DNA of 64,000 nt from an uncultured delta proteobacterium. Lineage in GTDB: Bacteria; Desulfobacterota; Binatia; Binatales; Binataceae. The notes below the pieces were generated by a model. That model was not told the DNA's origin and made no database searches. It saw only the letters and a list, made by a program, of their open reading frames with translations. The DNA lies in contig CAWJET010000001.1 in assembly GCA_963842085.1 (NCBI GenBank), positions 1,824,001 to 1,888,000 of the forward strand. The letters are read 5' to 3'. Shown one piece after another: positions 19,407-28,675 of the stretch. The translations under genes were made by a program, and so were the position numbers. Each line of letters opens with the position of its first letter. Within the stretch, counting starts at the first letter, position 1.

Positions 19407-20630
19407 TCAGATTGCTCTGGCGATGAACAGCGCCTGGATTTCAGTTTTGGAAAGTCCGAGTTCCGCTTCAAAGATCTCGGCGGAGTGTTCAGATAATTTC
19501 GGCGCGGGCCGTTTTATCTCGATCGAGTAGTTCGAGAATTGTGCAAATCGCGCGGGCGCATCGATTTCGCGGCCTGCCTCGATGCTCACCCGCGAGAAGA
19601 GTCCGCGCTCGCGGTACTGCTCGTAGGCGGCAACGTCTTTCATGTTCATCACGGGCGACGCGAGCAGTCCAAGTCTGCGTGAGGCCTCCGCGATCTCGGC
19701 CTTGGTCTTCGACTGCGCCAGCGACTTGAGTCCGTCAACCAGCGCTTGCAGATCCGACGGTGAGGTCTTTCCCGCCGACAGGTCGCCGATGAACGAGGGC
19801 CAGCTTATCCCGGCGATTCGCCGAGCCATGCGCCCTTCTTCAGCCGCCCACGCCGCAAGCCGCTGTGTCATCTGCCCGAACACCGGGCCGAAGCCGATCG
19901 TGATCAAGGCGAACCCGTCCGCGCATTCGTACACGCTTGGCACTTGCACCCCGGCTATCGCCATCGCGCCTTGCGTCCGCTTGGCGTCGGGATTGCCCGA
20001 GCCGGGAACAAGAGCCTGTCCGAAGGCGCTCATCATCGCGGCGATCCTGGCCGATACTTCCGCGCGCTGTCCAAGTCCGTCGCGGTCGCGTGCGATGAGT
20101 CCTGCGAGCGTCGCGACCGCCGCGTCAGCGCCAGCTTCCATCATCGCCTGCGGCACCGGGAAAAACAGTGGCGGGCGATCGAGGTCTCCGGTCGTTGCCG
20201 ACGCGCCGCTCGCCGCCATCACGGTAATGTCGGTCGCCGCGTATTCGCTCTTCGGGCCGGTGCGGACGAACGGGGCAACCGTGCATCGGATCGTGCGCGG
20301 TGAAAATTCGATTGCGTCCAGCGGCGACTCTTTGCCCCCGCCGACCGCTTCGAGCACTACGTCGAACCTGGCAGCGAGGTCGCGCATCAGCGCCATTCCG
20401 TCGGGCGACGCGAGCTCAAGCGTGACTCCGCGCTTGTTGTAATTGAGCGCTTGCCAGACGAGGCTGCGCTCGATTCCCGGCGTGTCGTCCAAAAACGGGG
20501 CAGGCCGCCGCCCCGGAGATCCGGCAGGCGGCTCGACTACGATGACATCCGCACCGAGATCAGCAAGGATCCTTCCCGCCAGCATCGTCTCAGGCGCGGA
20601 GATTTCCAGGACGCGAACGTCATCGAGCAT
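19407..20630 (-). CDS. Class III CoA-transferase (CaiB/BaiF), putative non-catalytic subunit
   Basis: LDDVRVLE...LADLGADVIVVEPP, NYNKRGVTL, PAPKLSEHS. Confidence 0.88.
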   Translation of the reverse strand: MLDDVRVLEISAPETMLAGRILADLGADVIVVEPPAGSPGRRPAPFLDDTPGIERSLVWQALNYNKRGVTLELASPDGMALMRDLAARFDVVLEAVGGGKESPLDAIEFSPRTIRCTVAPFVRTGPKSEYAATDITVMAASGASATTGDLDRPPLFFPVPQAMMEAGADAAVATLAGLIARDRDGLGQRAEVSARIAAMMSAFGQALVPGSGNPDAKRTQGAMAIAGVQVPSVYECADGFALITIGFGPVFGQMTQRLAAWAAEEGRMARRIAGISWPSFIGDLSAGKTSPSDLQALVDGLKSLAQSKTKAEIAEASRRLGLLASPVMNMKDVAAYEQYRERGLFSRVSIEAGREIDAPARFAQFSNYSIEIKRPAPKLSEHSAEIFEAELGLSKTEIQALFIARAI

Positions 20631-20756
20631 GAGCGCGGCTCCCGCTCACAGTCGCGGCGCGATGCGTAATGCTCGTCATCGGGCCGAAACATACCCACTT
20701 GCCGGTCAGTATGCAAAATTGACGCGGGCGAAAGTTTAGTCCTATCGTCTCCCATC

Positions 20757-21179
20757 ATGCCCAACCGCACTGCCGCTCATCCCGAACTCTACTCAGCCGA
20801 GCCCGACGACAATCCGCCGCTGAACGGCGGCAAATGCCGCGCTTGCGGCTACGTCTTTTTCCCCCCGCAACGCTATGGATGCGAAGCCTGCGGTGCGCCG
20901 CCCGAAAAGCTCGAGGCAGTACAATTGGCCGGACGCGGCACGCTTCATTCATACGCAACCGTTCATCTCCATATGGGCAAGGACATCGAGGCTCCGTTTA
21001 CGATCGGCCTGATCGTCCTCGACGACGGCCCCGCCGTTCGATCGACGCTCACCGACCGCACGGACGCGGGCCTCGCCATCGGCGATCGCATGAAGAGCGT
21101 GCTGGTTGCGGCCGGTAACGATCAGGCGGGGGTCGAGATGGTCGAGCTACGCTTCGCCAGGGCAGAGGCAAGCAAATGA
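20757..21179 (+). CDS. Zn-ribbon/OB-fold protein (DUF35, ChsH2-like)
   Basis: CRACG...FPP...CEACG followed by an OB-fold; translationally coupled to the thiolase-like gene. Confidence 0.92.
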   Translation: MPNRTAAHPELYSAEPDDNPPLNGGKCRACGYVFFPPQRYGCEACGAPPEKLEAVQLAGRGTLHSYATVHLHMGKDIEAPFTIGLIVLDDGPAVRSTLTDRTDAGLAIGDRMKSVLVAAGNDQAGVEMVELRFARAEASK

Positions 21180-22327
21180 AAAAGAAACTTCGCGACATGC
21201 GTCCGATCTATGTGGTCGGCATCGGCCTCCATCGATACCAGCGCCTCAGCGAGACCACATACGTGACGCTCGGCCTTACTGCGGTGCGGGAGGCGCTAGC
21301 GGATGCTGTCCTTGAATGGCGAGCGGTCGAGTCGGCTTACACCGGCACGGCGCTGATCGGGATGGCGGCGTCGCGGCCAATGCTGCGCCATCTCGGCGCG
21401 ACTGGAATTCCGATGGCCCAGGTTGAGAACGCGTCGGCTTCGGGCTCGACCGCGTTTCGCCAGGCGTGCATCGATGTCGCCAGCGGCTTGACCGATGTTT
21501 CACTCGCGGTGGGAGTGGACAAGCCGGGCCCGGTCGCGATGGCGCCCGGCAAGACCCGTATGCGCGACCTGCTCGGCTCTCGGGTGGTGCCTTTCACCCA
21601 TTTCGCCCTGCTCACGCAGGAGTACATGACTCGCTACGGTGTGAGCGCGGAACAGGTAGCGCAGGTCGCGGTCAAGAACAACCGCAACGGCGCCAACAAT
21701 CCGTACGCGCAGCGCCAAAAGGCAGTAACACTGGCAGAAGTGATGGCTGGGCCGGCAATTTCGGGGTCGCTGACGCGCCTTCAATGCTGCCCCGTCGGCG
21801 AAGGCGCAGCCGCAGTGATCGTCGCCTCCGACGATGCGATCGCGCAACTCCGGATCGATCGCAGCCGCGTCGTCAGAGTCGTCGCGTCGGTGACGAGAAC
21901 CGAGCGGGTGTACCGCGGAGCGAAGAATTTTGACGCGGAGCTGACGCGCGAAACGGTCCAGCAGGCGTTCGACGAAGCCGGCATAGGACCGGGCGACCTG
22001 GATCTGATCGAACTCCATGATGCGTTCACGATTGAAGAGCTGCTGTACGTGGAGGCAATGGGGCTGTGCGCGGCGGGCAAGGCCGCGGGCGCGATCGCGG
22101 CAGGCGAGTTCGACATCGGCGGCCGCTGCGCGGTAAGCGCGTCAGGCGGACTGCTCGCGATGGGCCATCCGATCGGACCGACCGGCGCCGGGCAGATCGC
22201 CGAACTCACGCGCCAGTTGCGCGGCGAAGCGGGCGTGCGGCAACAGCCGAACGCGAGGACAGGACTGGCTCACATGGTGGGCGTCGGCGCCGTTTGCGTC
22301 GCTCATGTTCTCCAGAAGGGCGCGTGA
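21176..22327 (+). CDS. Thiolase-family (SCP2/lipid-transfer type) protein lacking the nucleophilic Cys
   Basis: VENASASGSTA, ELHDAF, SGGLLAMGHPIGPTG. Confidence 0.9.
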   Translation: MKKKLRDMRPIYVVGIGLHRYQRLSETTYVTLGLTAVREALADAVLEWRAVESAYTGTALIGMAASRPMLRHLGATGIPMAQVENASASGSTAFRQACIDVASGLTDVSLAVGVDKPGPVAMAPGKTRMRDLLGSRVVPFTHFALLTQEYMTRYGVSAEQVAQVAVKNNRNGANNPYAQRQKAVTLAEVMAGPAISGSLTRLQCCPVGEGAAAVIVASDDAIAQLRIDRSRVVRVVASVTRTERVYRGAKNFDAELTRETVQQAFDEAGIGPGDLDLIELHDAFTIEELLYVEAMGLCAAGKAAGAIAAGEFDIGGRCAVSASGGLLAMGHPIGPTGAGQIAELTRQLRGEAGVRQQPNARTGLAHMVGVGAVCVAHVLQKGA

Positions 22328-22374
22328 ACGATGCGGTCGAATCGCAGTCCGGAGAAAATCGCGGGCGCTCGCGG

Positions 22375-23613
22375 TCAGTTGCCGAAGTCCCAGCTCTCCC
22401 CATTGTGATAGCGCGCAAGCACGTTCTTCGCGACCAAAATCCTGTGGACCTCGTCCGGGCCGTCCGCTAGCCGCAGCGTCCGTGCGCCCTGGTACATGCC
22501 CGCGAGCGGCAGGTCGCCCGAGACGCCTGCTGCGCCCCACACCTGGATCGCGCGGTCCACCACCCGCTCGTAGGCGGCGGGGACGAAGATCTTGATAGCC
22601 GAGATGTCCGTGCGCGGGTCGGAGCCGCTGTCCATGCGCTCGGCGCAGTGGATGGTCATCAAGCGCGCCGCCTGGATGTCGATGTATGAGTCGGCGATGA
22701 ACCCTTGAATGAACTGCTTGGTCTCGAGCTTGCCGCCGTGCACCTCGCGCATCGTGGCGCGCTCGACCATCAAGTCGAAGGCCCGCCACATCTGCCCGAC
22801 CGAGTTCATGCAGTGATAGACGCGCCCCGCGCCGAGACGATCCTGTGCGGCCTGATGGCCCGAGCCCGCCTGGCCAAGCTGGTTAGTGAGCGGCACGCGC
22901 ACGTCGTCGTAGACGATCTCGCAGTGGTCGCTCGGCCGGCCCCAGATCTCGACGCCGCGCACGATGCGCAGGCCCGGAGTCTCCTTGGGCACGATTATCT
23001 GGGTCATGCGGCCGTTGTCGTGGCCGCTCCCTTCCGTGCGGCACATGACGATCAGGAAGTCGGCGCGAAAGCCGTTTGAGGTGAACCATTTGTGTCCGTT
23101 GATCACCCACTGGTCGCCCTCGCGGCGCGCCGTGGTCTTGATCGACCGCGGATCGGAGCCGGCCGAGTCGGGCTCAGTCATCGAGAAGCCTGACTCCATC
23201 TTGCCCTCGGTGAGCGGCACCAGCCACTTGCGCTTCTGCTCCTCGGTGCCGTACTTCAGCAGGATCTGTTGGTTGCCCGAGTTGGGCGCGACCACGCCGA
23301 ACAACGCCGCCGCTCCCATACTGTAGGCCAGCACCTCGTTCATGTACGCATGCTCGAGGAAGCCCAGCCCGGCGCCACCGTACTCGGGCGGCAGATGTGG
23401 CGCCCAGAGGCCCGCCTGCTTCACCTTCGCCTTAATCGATTCTCGCAGCTCCCGAGAGCTGCGCCGCTCCTCGTCGGTCGAGCCGTCGCGCCATCCCGCC
23501 CAGAGCTTGCGCTCGTTGGGCAGGATGTCGTGGTTTACGATCCGCGCCGTGAGCGCGCGGATCTCGTTGATGCGGGGTTCGAGCGTCGGGATGGGTTTCA
23601 CATTCATTTGCAT
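22375..23613 (-). CDS. Acyl-CoA dehydrogenase (ACAD10/11-like)
   Basis: APNSGN, FSMTEPD, AQDRLGAGRVYHCM, LRLADGPDEVH. Confidence 0.94.
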   Translation of the reverse strand: MQMNVKPIPTLEPRINEIRALTARIVNHDILPNERKLWAGWRDGSTDEERRSSRELRESIKAKVKQAGLWAPHLPPEYGGAGLGFLEHAYMNEVLAYSMGAAALFGVVAPNSGNQQILLKYGTEEQKRKWLVPLTEGKMESGFSMTEPDSAGSDPRSIKTTARREGDQWVINGHKWFTSNGFRADFLIVMCRTEGSGHDNGRMTQIIVPKETPGLRIVRGVEIWGRPSDHCEIVYDDVRVPLTNQLGQAGSGHQAAQDRLGAGRVYHCMNSVGQMWRAFDLMVERATMREVHGGKLETKQFIQGFIADSYIDIQAARLMTIHCAERMDSGSDPRTDISAIKIFVPAAYERVVDRAIQVWGAAGVSGDLPLAGMYQGARTLRLADGPDEVHRILVAKNVLARYHNGESWDFGN

Positions 23614-23713
23614 GGTGGTGTCCTCTTTGGGCTCAAGCGTAGCATTGCGCGACCGCGGCTAAAACTTGTGCCGCTCGCTCCGGGATCAAAGCCACGCTGC
23701 ACAAAGCCTTGTT

Positions 23714-23725
23714 CACTAAGTAGTG
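23714..23725. promoter_or_regulatory. Palindrome, possible transcription-factor operator between divergent ACAD and WS/DGAT genes
   Basis: CACTA-AG-TAGTG inverted repeat in an AT-richer intergenic patch. Confidence 0.3.
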
Positions 23726-23871
23726 TCCTAGTTTGAACGCTGCCAAAAATCCAGCGAGCCGGAAGCTTTCTCCTGTTCGTGCGACCCGACGATCGGAACG
23801 TAGCGATGGTCATGTGGGCGGGCTTCCTGCTAGAACCGCATCATCACGAGCCCGACTCGAGGAGGCGCCCA

Positions 23872-25314
23872 ATGGCCAAGTACGAACGGCTAAGTCCCCT
23901 GGACCGGACGTTCCTCGACCTCGAATATCCCCAAACGCACATGCACGTTGCGGGCGTTACGGTCTTCGAGGCCGGTCCGCTTAGGACTGCTGACGGCGGC
24001 ATCGATATCGATAAGATCCGGCAATACATTGTGTCGCGATTGCATCTCATCCCGCGTTATCGACAGCGGATCGCGCGAATACCGCTCGAGAATCATCCGG
24101 TGTGGGTGGACGACGAGCGCTTCAACCTTGAATATCACGTGCGCCACACTGCACTGCCGCATCCCGGCGGCGACGAGCAGCTCAAGCGGTTGACGGGCAG
24201 GATCGTCTCGCAGCAACTCGATCGCGGCAAACCGCTGTGGGAGTTGTGGATCGTCGAGGGACTCGACGGCGATCGCTTCGCGATGATCAGCAAGACCCAT
24301 CACTGCATGATCGACGGAGTGTCCGCCATCGATCTCGCGTCCGTGCTGCTGAGTCCGTCGCCTGACGCGACGATTCCAGAACCGCAGCCGTGGAAGCCGG
24401 AATCCGCGCCCTCGCGCGGAGAACTGGTGATGGAAGAAGCCTGGCGGCGACTGGCGAGCCCGCTGGAATTCGGCAAAGCGGTCCTGGGCGCTGTGCAAAA
24501 TCCGGCCGAGACAGCGCAGAGCATGAGCGAACAGATTTCCGCGGTAGCCGAAACGCTCGGCGCGGGGCTGTTTCCAGCTTCGGAGTCGCCGTTCAACAAG
24601 CCCATCGGGCCGCATCGGCGATTCGAATGGACGGCGATCGAGCTGGCGGACGTCAAGCGGGTGAAGAACGCTTTGGGCGGGACGGTGAACGATGTCGTGC
24701 TGTCCACGGTGGCAGGCGCGGTTGGATCGTTTCTGAGCGGCCGAGGATACCCTCCCGAAAACATTGCGGCACTCGATTTCCGCGCGATGGTTCCGGTGAG
24801 CCTGCGCACCTCGTCGGAGCATGGCACGCTGGGAAATCGAATCGCGTCATGGGCGGCGCGCCTTCCCATCGCGGAGACCGATCCGCGCCGGCGCCTGCAG
24901 GCGGTCCGCGCGGTCACGGCCGATCTCAAACAGTCGCGGCAGGCGATGGGAGCAGAGGTGCTTGCGCGGGTCAGCGAGTGGACGGTGCCCACGCTGTTGT
25001 CGCTCGCGATGCGTCTGGCGGCGCGTGCGCGCTCGTTCAATTTGACTGTCACCAACGTGCCGGGGCCCCAGATTCCGCTCTATATGATCGGTTCGCGGAT
25101 GTTGGCCGCATATCCGCTGGGGCCGCTGTTCTTGGATCAAGCACTCAACATCGCGCTGCTCAGCTACGACGGCCGGTTGCATTGGGGATTGAATGCGGAC
25201 TGGGATGTGCTGCCTGACCTTGGCGATCTCGTTACGGCAATTCGTGCATCATTCGACGAGTTACTCCAGGTGACTGCGACGGCGGATGCTCAAGCGCGCA
25301 CGCGTCCGGGATGA
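23872..25314 (+). CDS. Wax ester synthase/diacylglycerol O-acyltransferase (WS/DGAT)
   Basis: ERLSPLDRTFL, catalytic HHCMIDG, TNVPGPQIPLY; GGAGG RBS before ATG 23872. Confidence 0.95.
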   Translation: MAKYERLSPLDRTFLDLEYPQTHMHVAGVTVFEAGPLRTADGGIDIDKIRQYIVSRLHLIPRYRQRIARIPLENHPVWVDDERFNLEYHVRHTALPHPGGDEQLKRLTGRIVSQQLDRGKPLWELWIVEGLDGDRFAMISKTHHCMIDGVSAIDLASVLLSPSPDATIPEPQPWKPESAPSRGELVMEEAWRRLASPLEFGKAVLGAVQNPAETAQSMSEQISAVAETLGAGLFPASESPFNKPIGPHRRFEWTAIELADVKRVKNALGGTVNDVVLSTVAGAVGSFLSGRGYPPENIAALDFRAMVPVSLRTSSEHGTLGNRIASWAARLPIAETDPRRRLQAVRAVTADLKQSRQAMGAEVLARVSEWTVPTLLSLAMRLAARARSFNLTVTNVPGPQIPLYMIGSRMLAAYPLGPLFLDQALNIALLSYDGRLHWGLNADWDVLPDLGDLVTAIRASFDELLQVTATADAQARTRPG

Positions 25315-25372
25315 CCCACAGGTGTCCAGCGAAGAGGATTCGGGTCCAGCCGAGAAGTCGGGGGAGACAACG

Positions 25373-27274
25373 ATGAAGGACGCAACCGACGCGACGCGTG
25401 CCGCAAACCGCGCAGCGCTGGCGCAGGCGCCGCTTGCGGATCGGCAGTCGTTCGAAGATGCGCGGCGCGGCTTTATCGAGGCGCTGGGCGACAAGCTGAT
25501 CACGCGCACCGACGGCCGTCTGGTGTGGACGCTCCAAGGCTACGAGTTTCTCGAAAACGAGCAGGCGCCGGACAGCGTCCATCCGGGGCTGTGGCGGCAT
25601 GCCCGAGTCAACACGGCCAACGGCCTGTACCGGGTGGCGGATCGTGTCTATCAGCTTCGCGGCTTCGACGTATCCAATATGACAATAATCGAGGGCGACA
25701 GCGGTCTCATCGTGATCGACCCGTTGATCTCAACCGAGGTCGCCAAAGCCGCGATGGACCTGTATCTGAAGCATCGGCCCAAAAGGCCGGTGGCCGCGGT
25801 GATTTATTCTCACAGCCACGTCGATCACTTTGGCGGAGTCCGCGGGGTCGTCAGCGCCGACGACGTTGCGGCCGGAAGGGTGACGATCTGGGCGCCGGCG
25901 GGCTTCATGGCGGCCGCGGTCGGCGAAAACGTGATCGCTGGGAATGCGATGCTGCGCCGCGCCCTGTTCCAGTTCGGTGCGATGCTGCCGCGCGGCGAAC
26001 GGGGCCAGGTCGATACCGGACTGGGCAAAAGCGTCTCGCTGGGCACGGTCACACTGATTCCGCCGACCAATCTGATCGAAAAGCCGGTCGAAACGCATCG
26101 GATTGACGGCGTCGAGATCATCTTCGAGCTGACGCCCGACGCCGAGGCGCCGGCCGAACTGATCATGTACTACCCGGATTTCCGCGTCCTCAACATGACG
26201 GAAATTACCACCCAGAATTTTCACAACCTGCTGCCGATGCGCGGGGCGCTGGTGCGCGACTCGCTGGCATGGTCGAAGTACATCGGCGGCGCGCTGCACC
26301 GTTACGGCGCATCGAGCGACATCCTGATAGCGCAACACAACTGGCCCGTTTGGAGCGGCGAGCGCGTGCGCGCCTTTTTAAGCAAGCAGCGCGATGCCTA
26401 CAAGTTCGTGCACGATCAGACCGTGCGCCTGATGAACTACGGCTACGTCGGCGCTGAGATCGCCGAGATGGTCAAGCTGCCGGCGAGTCTCGACCAGGAA
26501 TGGTCGGCGCATTCCTTTTACGGCAGCCTAAAACACAACGTCAGGGCAATCTATCAGCGCTACCTGGGCCACTACGACGGCAACCCCGCGAACTTGGACG
26601 CTCTGCCGCCGGTCGAGGCCGCGAAAAAGAGCGTCGAGTACATGGGTGGCGCCGAGGCAGTGCTGAAGAGGGCGCGCGAGGATTATGCGCGCGCGGAGTA
26701 CCGCTGGGTCGCGCAAGTGGCCTCGCAACTCGTGTTCGCCGATCCCGCCAATCGCGACGCGCGGGAGCTTGCCGCCGACGCGCTCGAGCAGTTGGGCTAC
26801 CAGGCCGAATCGGCGACCGCGCGAAACGCGTATCTGCAGGGAGCATTTGAGCTGCGCAACGGCGTGCCTAATCTCCCGGCCGGATCCGGCGCGGCGCCAG
26901 ACATAATCCGGTCGCTGCCGCTCGACATGTACTTCGACTTCATGGCGGTGCGGCTCAACGGCGACAAGGCCGCCGGCAAGACTATCGTGCTCAACTGGCG
27001 GTTCACCGACACGAAGCAGAACTACGTGCTCAATCTCGAGAACAGCGCATTAACCTGCGTACCCGACATGCAAGCGGACCACGCCGACGCGACGCTGACC
27101 TTGACGCGGGCGACGCTGGACGAGATCTCGCTGCAAAAGAGCACCTTTCCAGCGGCTTTGCAGTCCGGGCAGATCGCGGTCACGGGCAAGCGTGAAAGTC
27201 TCATCGAGTTGCTGGAGATGATCGACACGTTCCCGATACGGTTCCCGGTCGTCGAGCCACGCCCGACGCGCTGA
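25373..27274 (+). CDS. Alkyl/aryl sulfatase (SdsA1/YjcS-like, MBL fold with SCP2-like C-terminal domain)
   Basis: DRQSFEDARRGFI, YSHSHVDHFGG, HNLLPMRGA, YDGNPANL. Confidence 0.93.
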   Translation: MKDATDATRAANRAALAQAPLADRQSFEDARRGFIEALGDKLITRTDGRLVWTLQGYEFLENEQAPDSVHPGLWRHARVNTANGLYRVADRVYQLRGFDVSNMTIIEGDSGLIVIDPLISTEVAKAAMDLYLKHRPKRPVAAVIYSHSHVDHFGGVRGVVSADDVAAGRVTIWAPAGFMAAAVGENVIAGNAMLRRALFQFGAMLPRGERGQVDTGLGKSVSLGTVTLIPPTNLIEKPVETHRIDGVEIIFELTPDAEAPAELIMYYPDFRVLNMTEITTQNFHNLLPMRGALVRDSLAWSKYIGGALHRYGASSDILIAQHNWPVWSGERVRAFLSKQRDAYKFVHDQTVRLMNYGYVGAEIAEMVKLPASLDQEWSAHSFYGSLKHNVRAIYQRYLGHYDGNPANLDALPPVEAAKKSVEYMGGAEAVLKRAREDYARAEYRWVAQVASQLVFADPANRDARELAADALEQLGYQAESATARNAYLQGAFELRNGVPNLPAGSGAAPDIIRSLPLDMYFDFMAVRLNGDKAAGKTIVLNWRFTDTKQNYVLNLENSALTCVPDMQADHADATLTLTRATLDEISLQKSTFPAALQSGQIAVTGKRESLIELLEMIDTFPIRFPVVEPRPTR

Positions 27275-27277
27275 ATT

Positions 27278-28153
27278 ATGCGCCGCACTTTCACTGTTCT
27301 CTTGATGTTCATTGCGCTGGCTCTCGCACGCCCCGCCGGCGCGCAAGAGGCGTGGTTGCGTCTGCCGCCGACACCGGTCCTACCCAAACCTGAGACCAGC
27401 GGCATCGCGCCCGTCAACGGCATCCGCTTGTGGTACGCGGAGTTTGGCCACGGTGCGCCGGTCATCCTGGTCCATGGCGGCCTGGCCAGTTCAACTTATT
27501 GGGGATTGCAGGTGCCGGTCCTCGCCGCGCACTACCGTGTGATTGTTCTGGATAGTCGCGGCCACGGACGCAGCACAGAAACCGACACGCCAATCGGTTA
27601 TGATCTGATGTCGTCAGACGTCCTGGGGTTGATGGACTACCTGCATATCGGCAAGGCTGCCCTGATCGGATGGAGTGACGGAGCGATTGTCGGCCTCGAT
27701 ATCGCGATCCACCATCCGGACCGCCTGACGCAGCTGTTCGCATTTGCCGCCAATTCCGATCCATCGGGAGTGAAGGATGTGAGCAAGAGCCCCGTCTTCG
27801 CTGCCTATATCCAGCGCGCAGCGAAGGAGTATACGCAACTCTCGCCGACCCCGACGCGGTTCAACGCCTTTGTCACGAACGTCGAGCACATGTGGGCGAC
27901 CGAGCCGCACTTTACCGACGATCAACTGAGCCATATCAAGGTGCCGACGTGGATCGTCGATGGGGACCACGATGAGGCGATCAAACGCGAGAACACCGAT
28001 CACATGGCAGCACTAATTCCCGATTGTGGCGAGCTAATCCTCCCCGGAGTGAGTCATTTCGCGTTCCTGCAGGATCCAGTGATGTTCAATGAGTCGCTGC
28101 TGCACTTCCTCTCGGTCGAAGACGGCGCTCATTCCGCGCCACGTGTGGAGTGA
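27278..28153 (+). CDS. Exported alpha/beta hydrolase
   Basis: Signal peptide, HGG, nucleophile elbow GWSDG, D..H triad residues. Confidence 0.9.
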   Translation: MRRTFTVLLMFIALALARPAGAQEAWLRLPPTPVLPKPETSGIAPVNGIRLWYAEFGHGAPVILVHGGLASSTYWGLQVPVLAAHYRVIVLDSRGHGRSTETDTPIGYDLMSSDVLGLMDYLHIGKAALIGWSDGAIVGLDIAIHHPDRLTQLFAFAANSDPSGVKDVSKSPVFAAYIQRAAKEYTQLSPTPTRFNAFVTNVEHMWATEPHFTDDQLSHIKVPTWIVDGDHDEAIKRENTDHMAALIPDCGELILPGVSHFAFLQDPVMFNESLLHFLSVEDGAHSAPRVE

Positions 28154-28180
28154 CATTGAACTGAGGGAGACACGAATAGG

Positions 28181-28639
28181 ATGTTTTGGCTGGTAACAGC
28201 CGACCTCGTAGCGGTGATTCACGCGGCTTACGTCGCGTTCGTGGTCATCGGATTCGTCGCGATTGTGGTTGGCTGGGCAGCCCACTGGGATTGGGTCCGA
28301 AACCTCTACTTTCGCGTTGCCCACCTCGCGATGATTCTGCTCGTGTGCTGCGAGGCGCTCATGGACACAACCTGCCCACTCACTGCGTGGGAGAATGCGC
28401 TCCGCTTACGCGGAGGCGAATCCGGCTACTCGCGCGACTTCATCGGCTATTGGCTCGACTGGCTGATCTTCTATAGGGCTCCCGATTGGGTGTTCACAGC
28501 CGTCTATCTAACCTTCGGCGGCCTGGTGCTTCTGGCGTTTTGGTTCGTGCCGGTGCACTCGCGCACTGCGAACCGCTCCGGCGCGTCGAACCTCGTTCGA
28601 CGAGATTCAGACGCCGCCAGGAAGGCCGGAGGTCACTGA
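28181..28639 (+). CDS. DUF2784 family membrane protein
   Basis: ADLVAVIHAAYVAFVV...FRVAHL...CPLTAWENALR...FIGYWL. Confidence 0.85.
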   Translation: MFWLVTADLVAVIHAAYVAFVVIGFVAIVVGWAAHWDWVRNLYFRVAHLAMILLVCCEALMDTTCPLTAWENALRLRGGESGYSRDFIGYWLDWLIFYRAPDWVFTAVYLTFGGLVLLAFWFVPVHSRTANRSGASNLVRRDSDAARKAGGH

Positions 28640-28675
28640 CTCATCACACGCCCTACTGTTTCGATTGAGCTCTTT

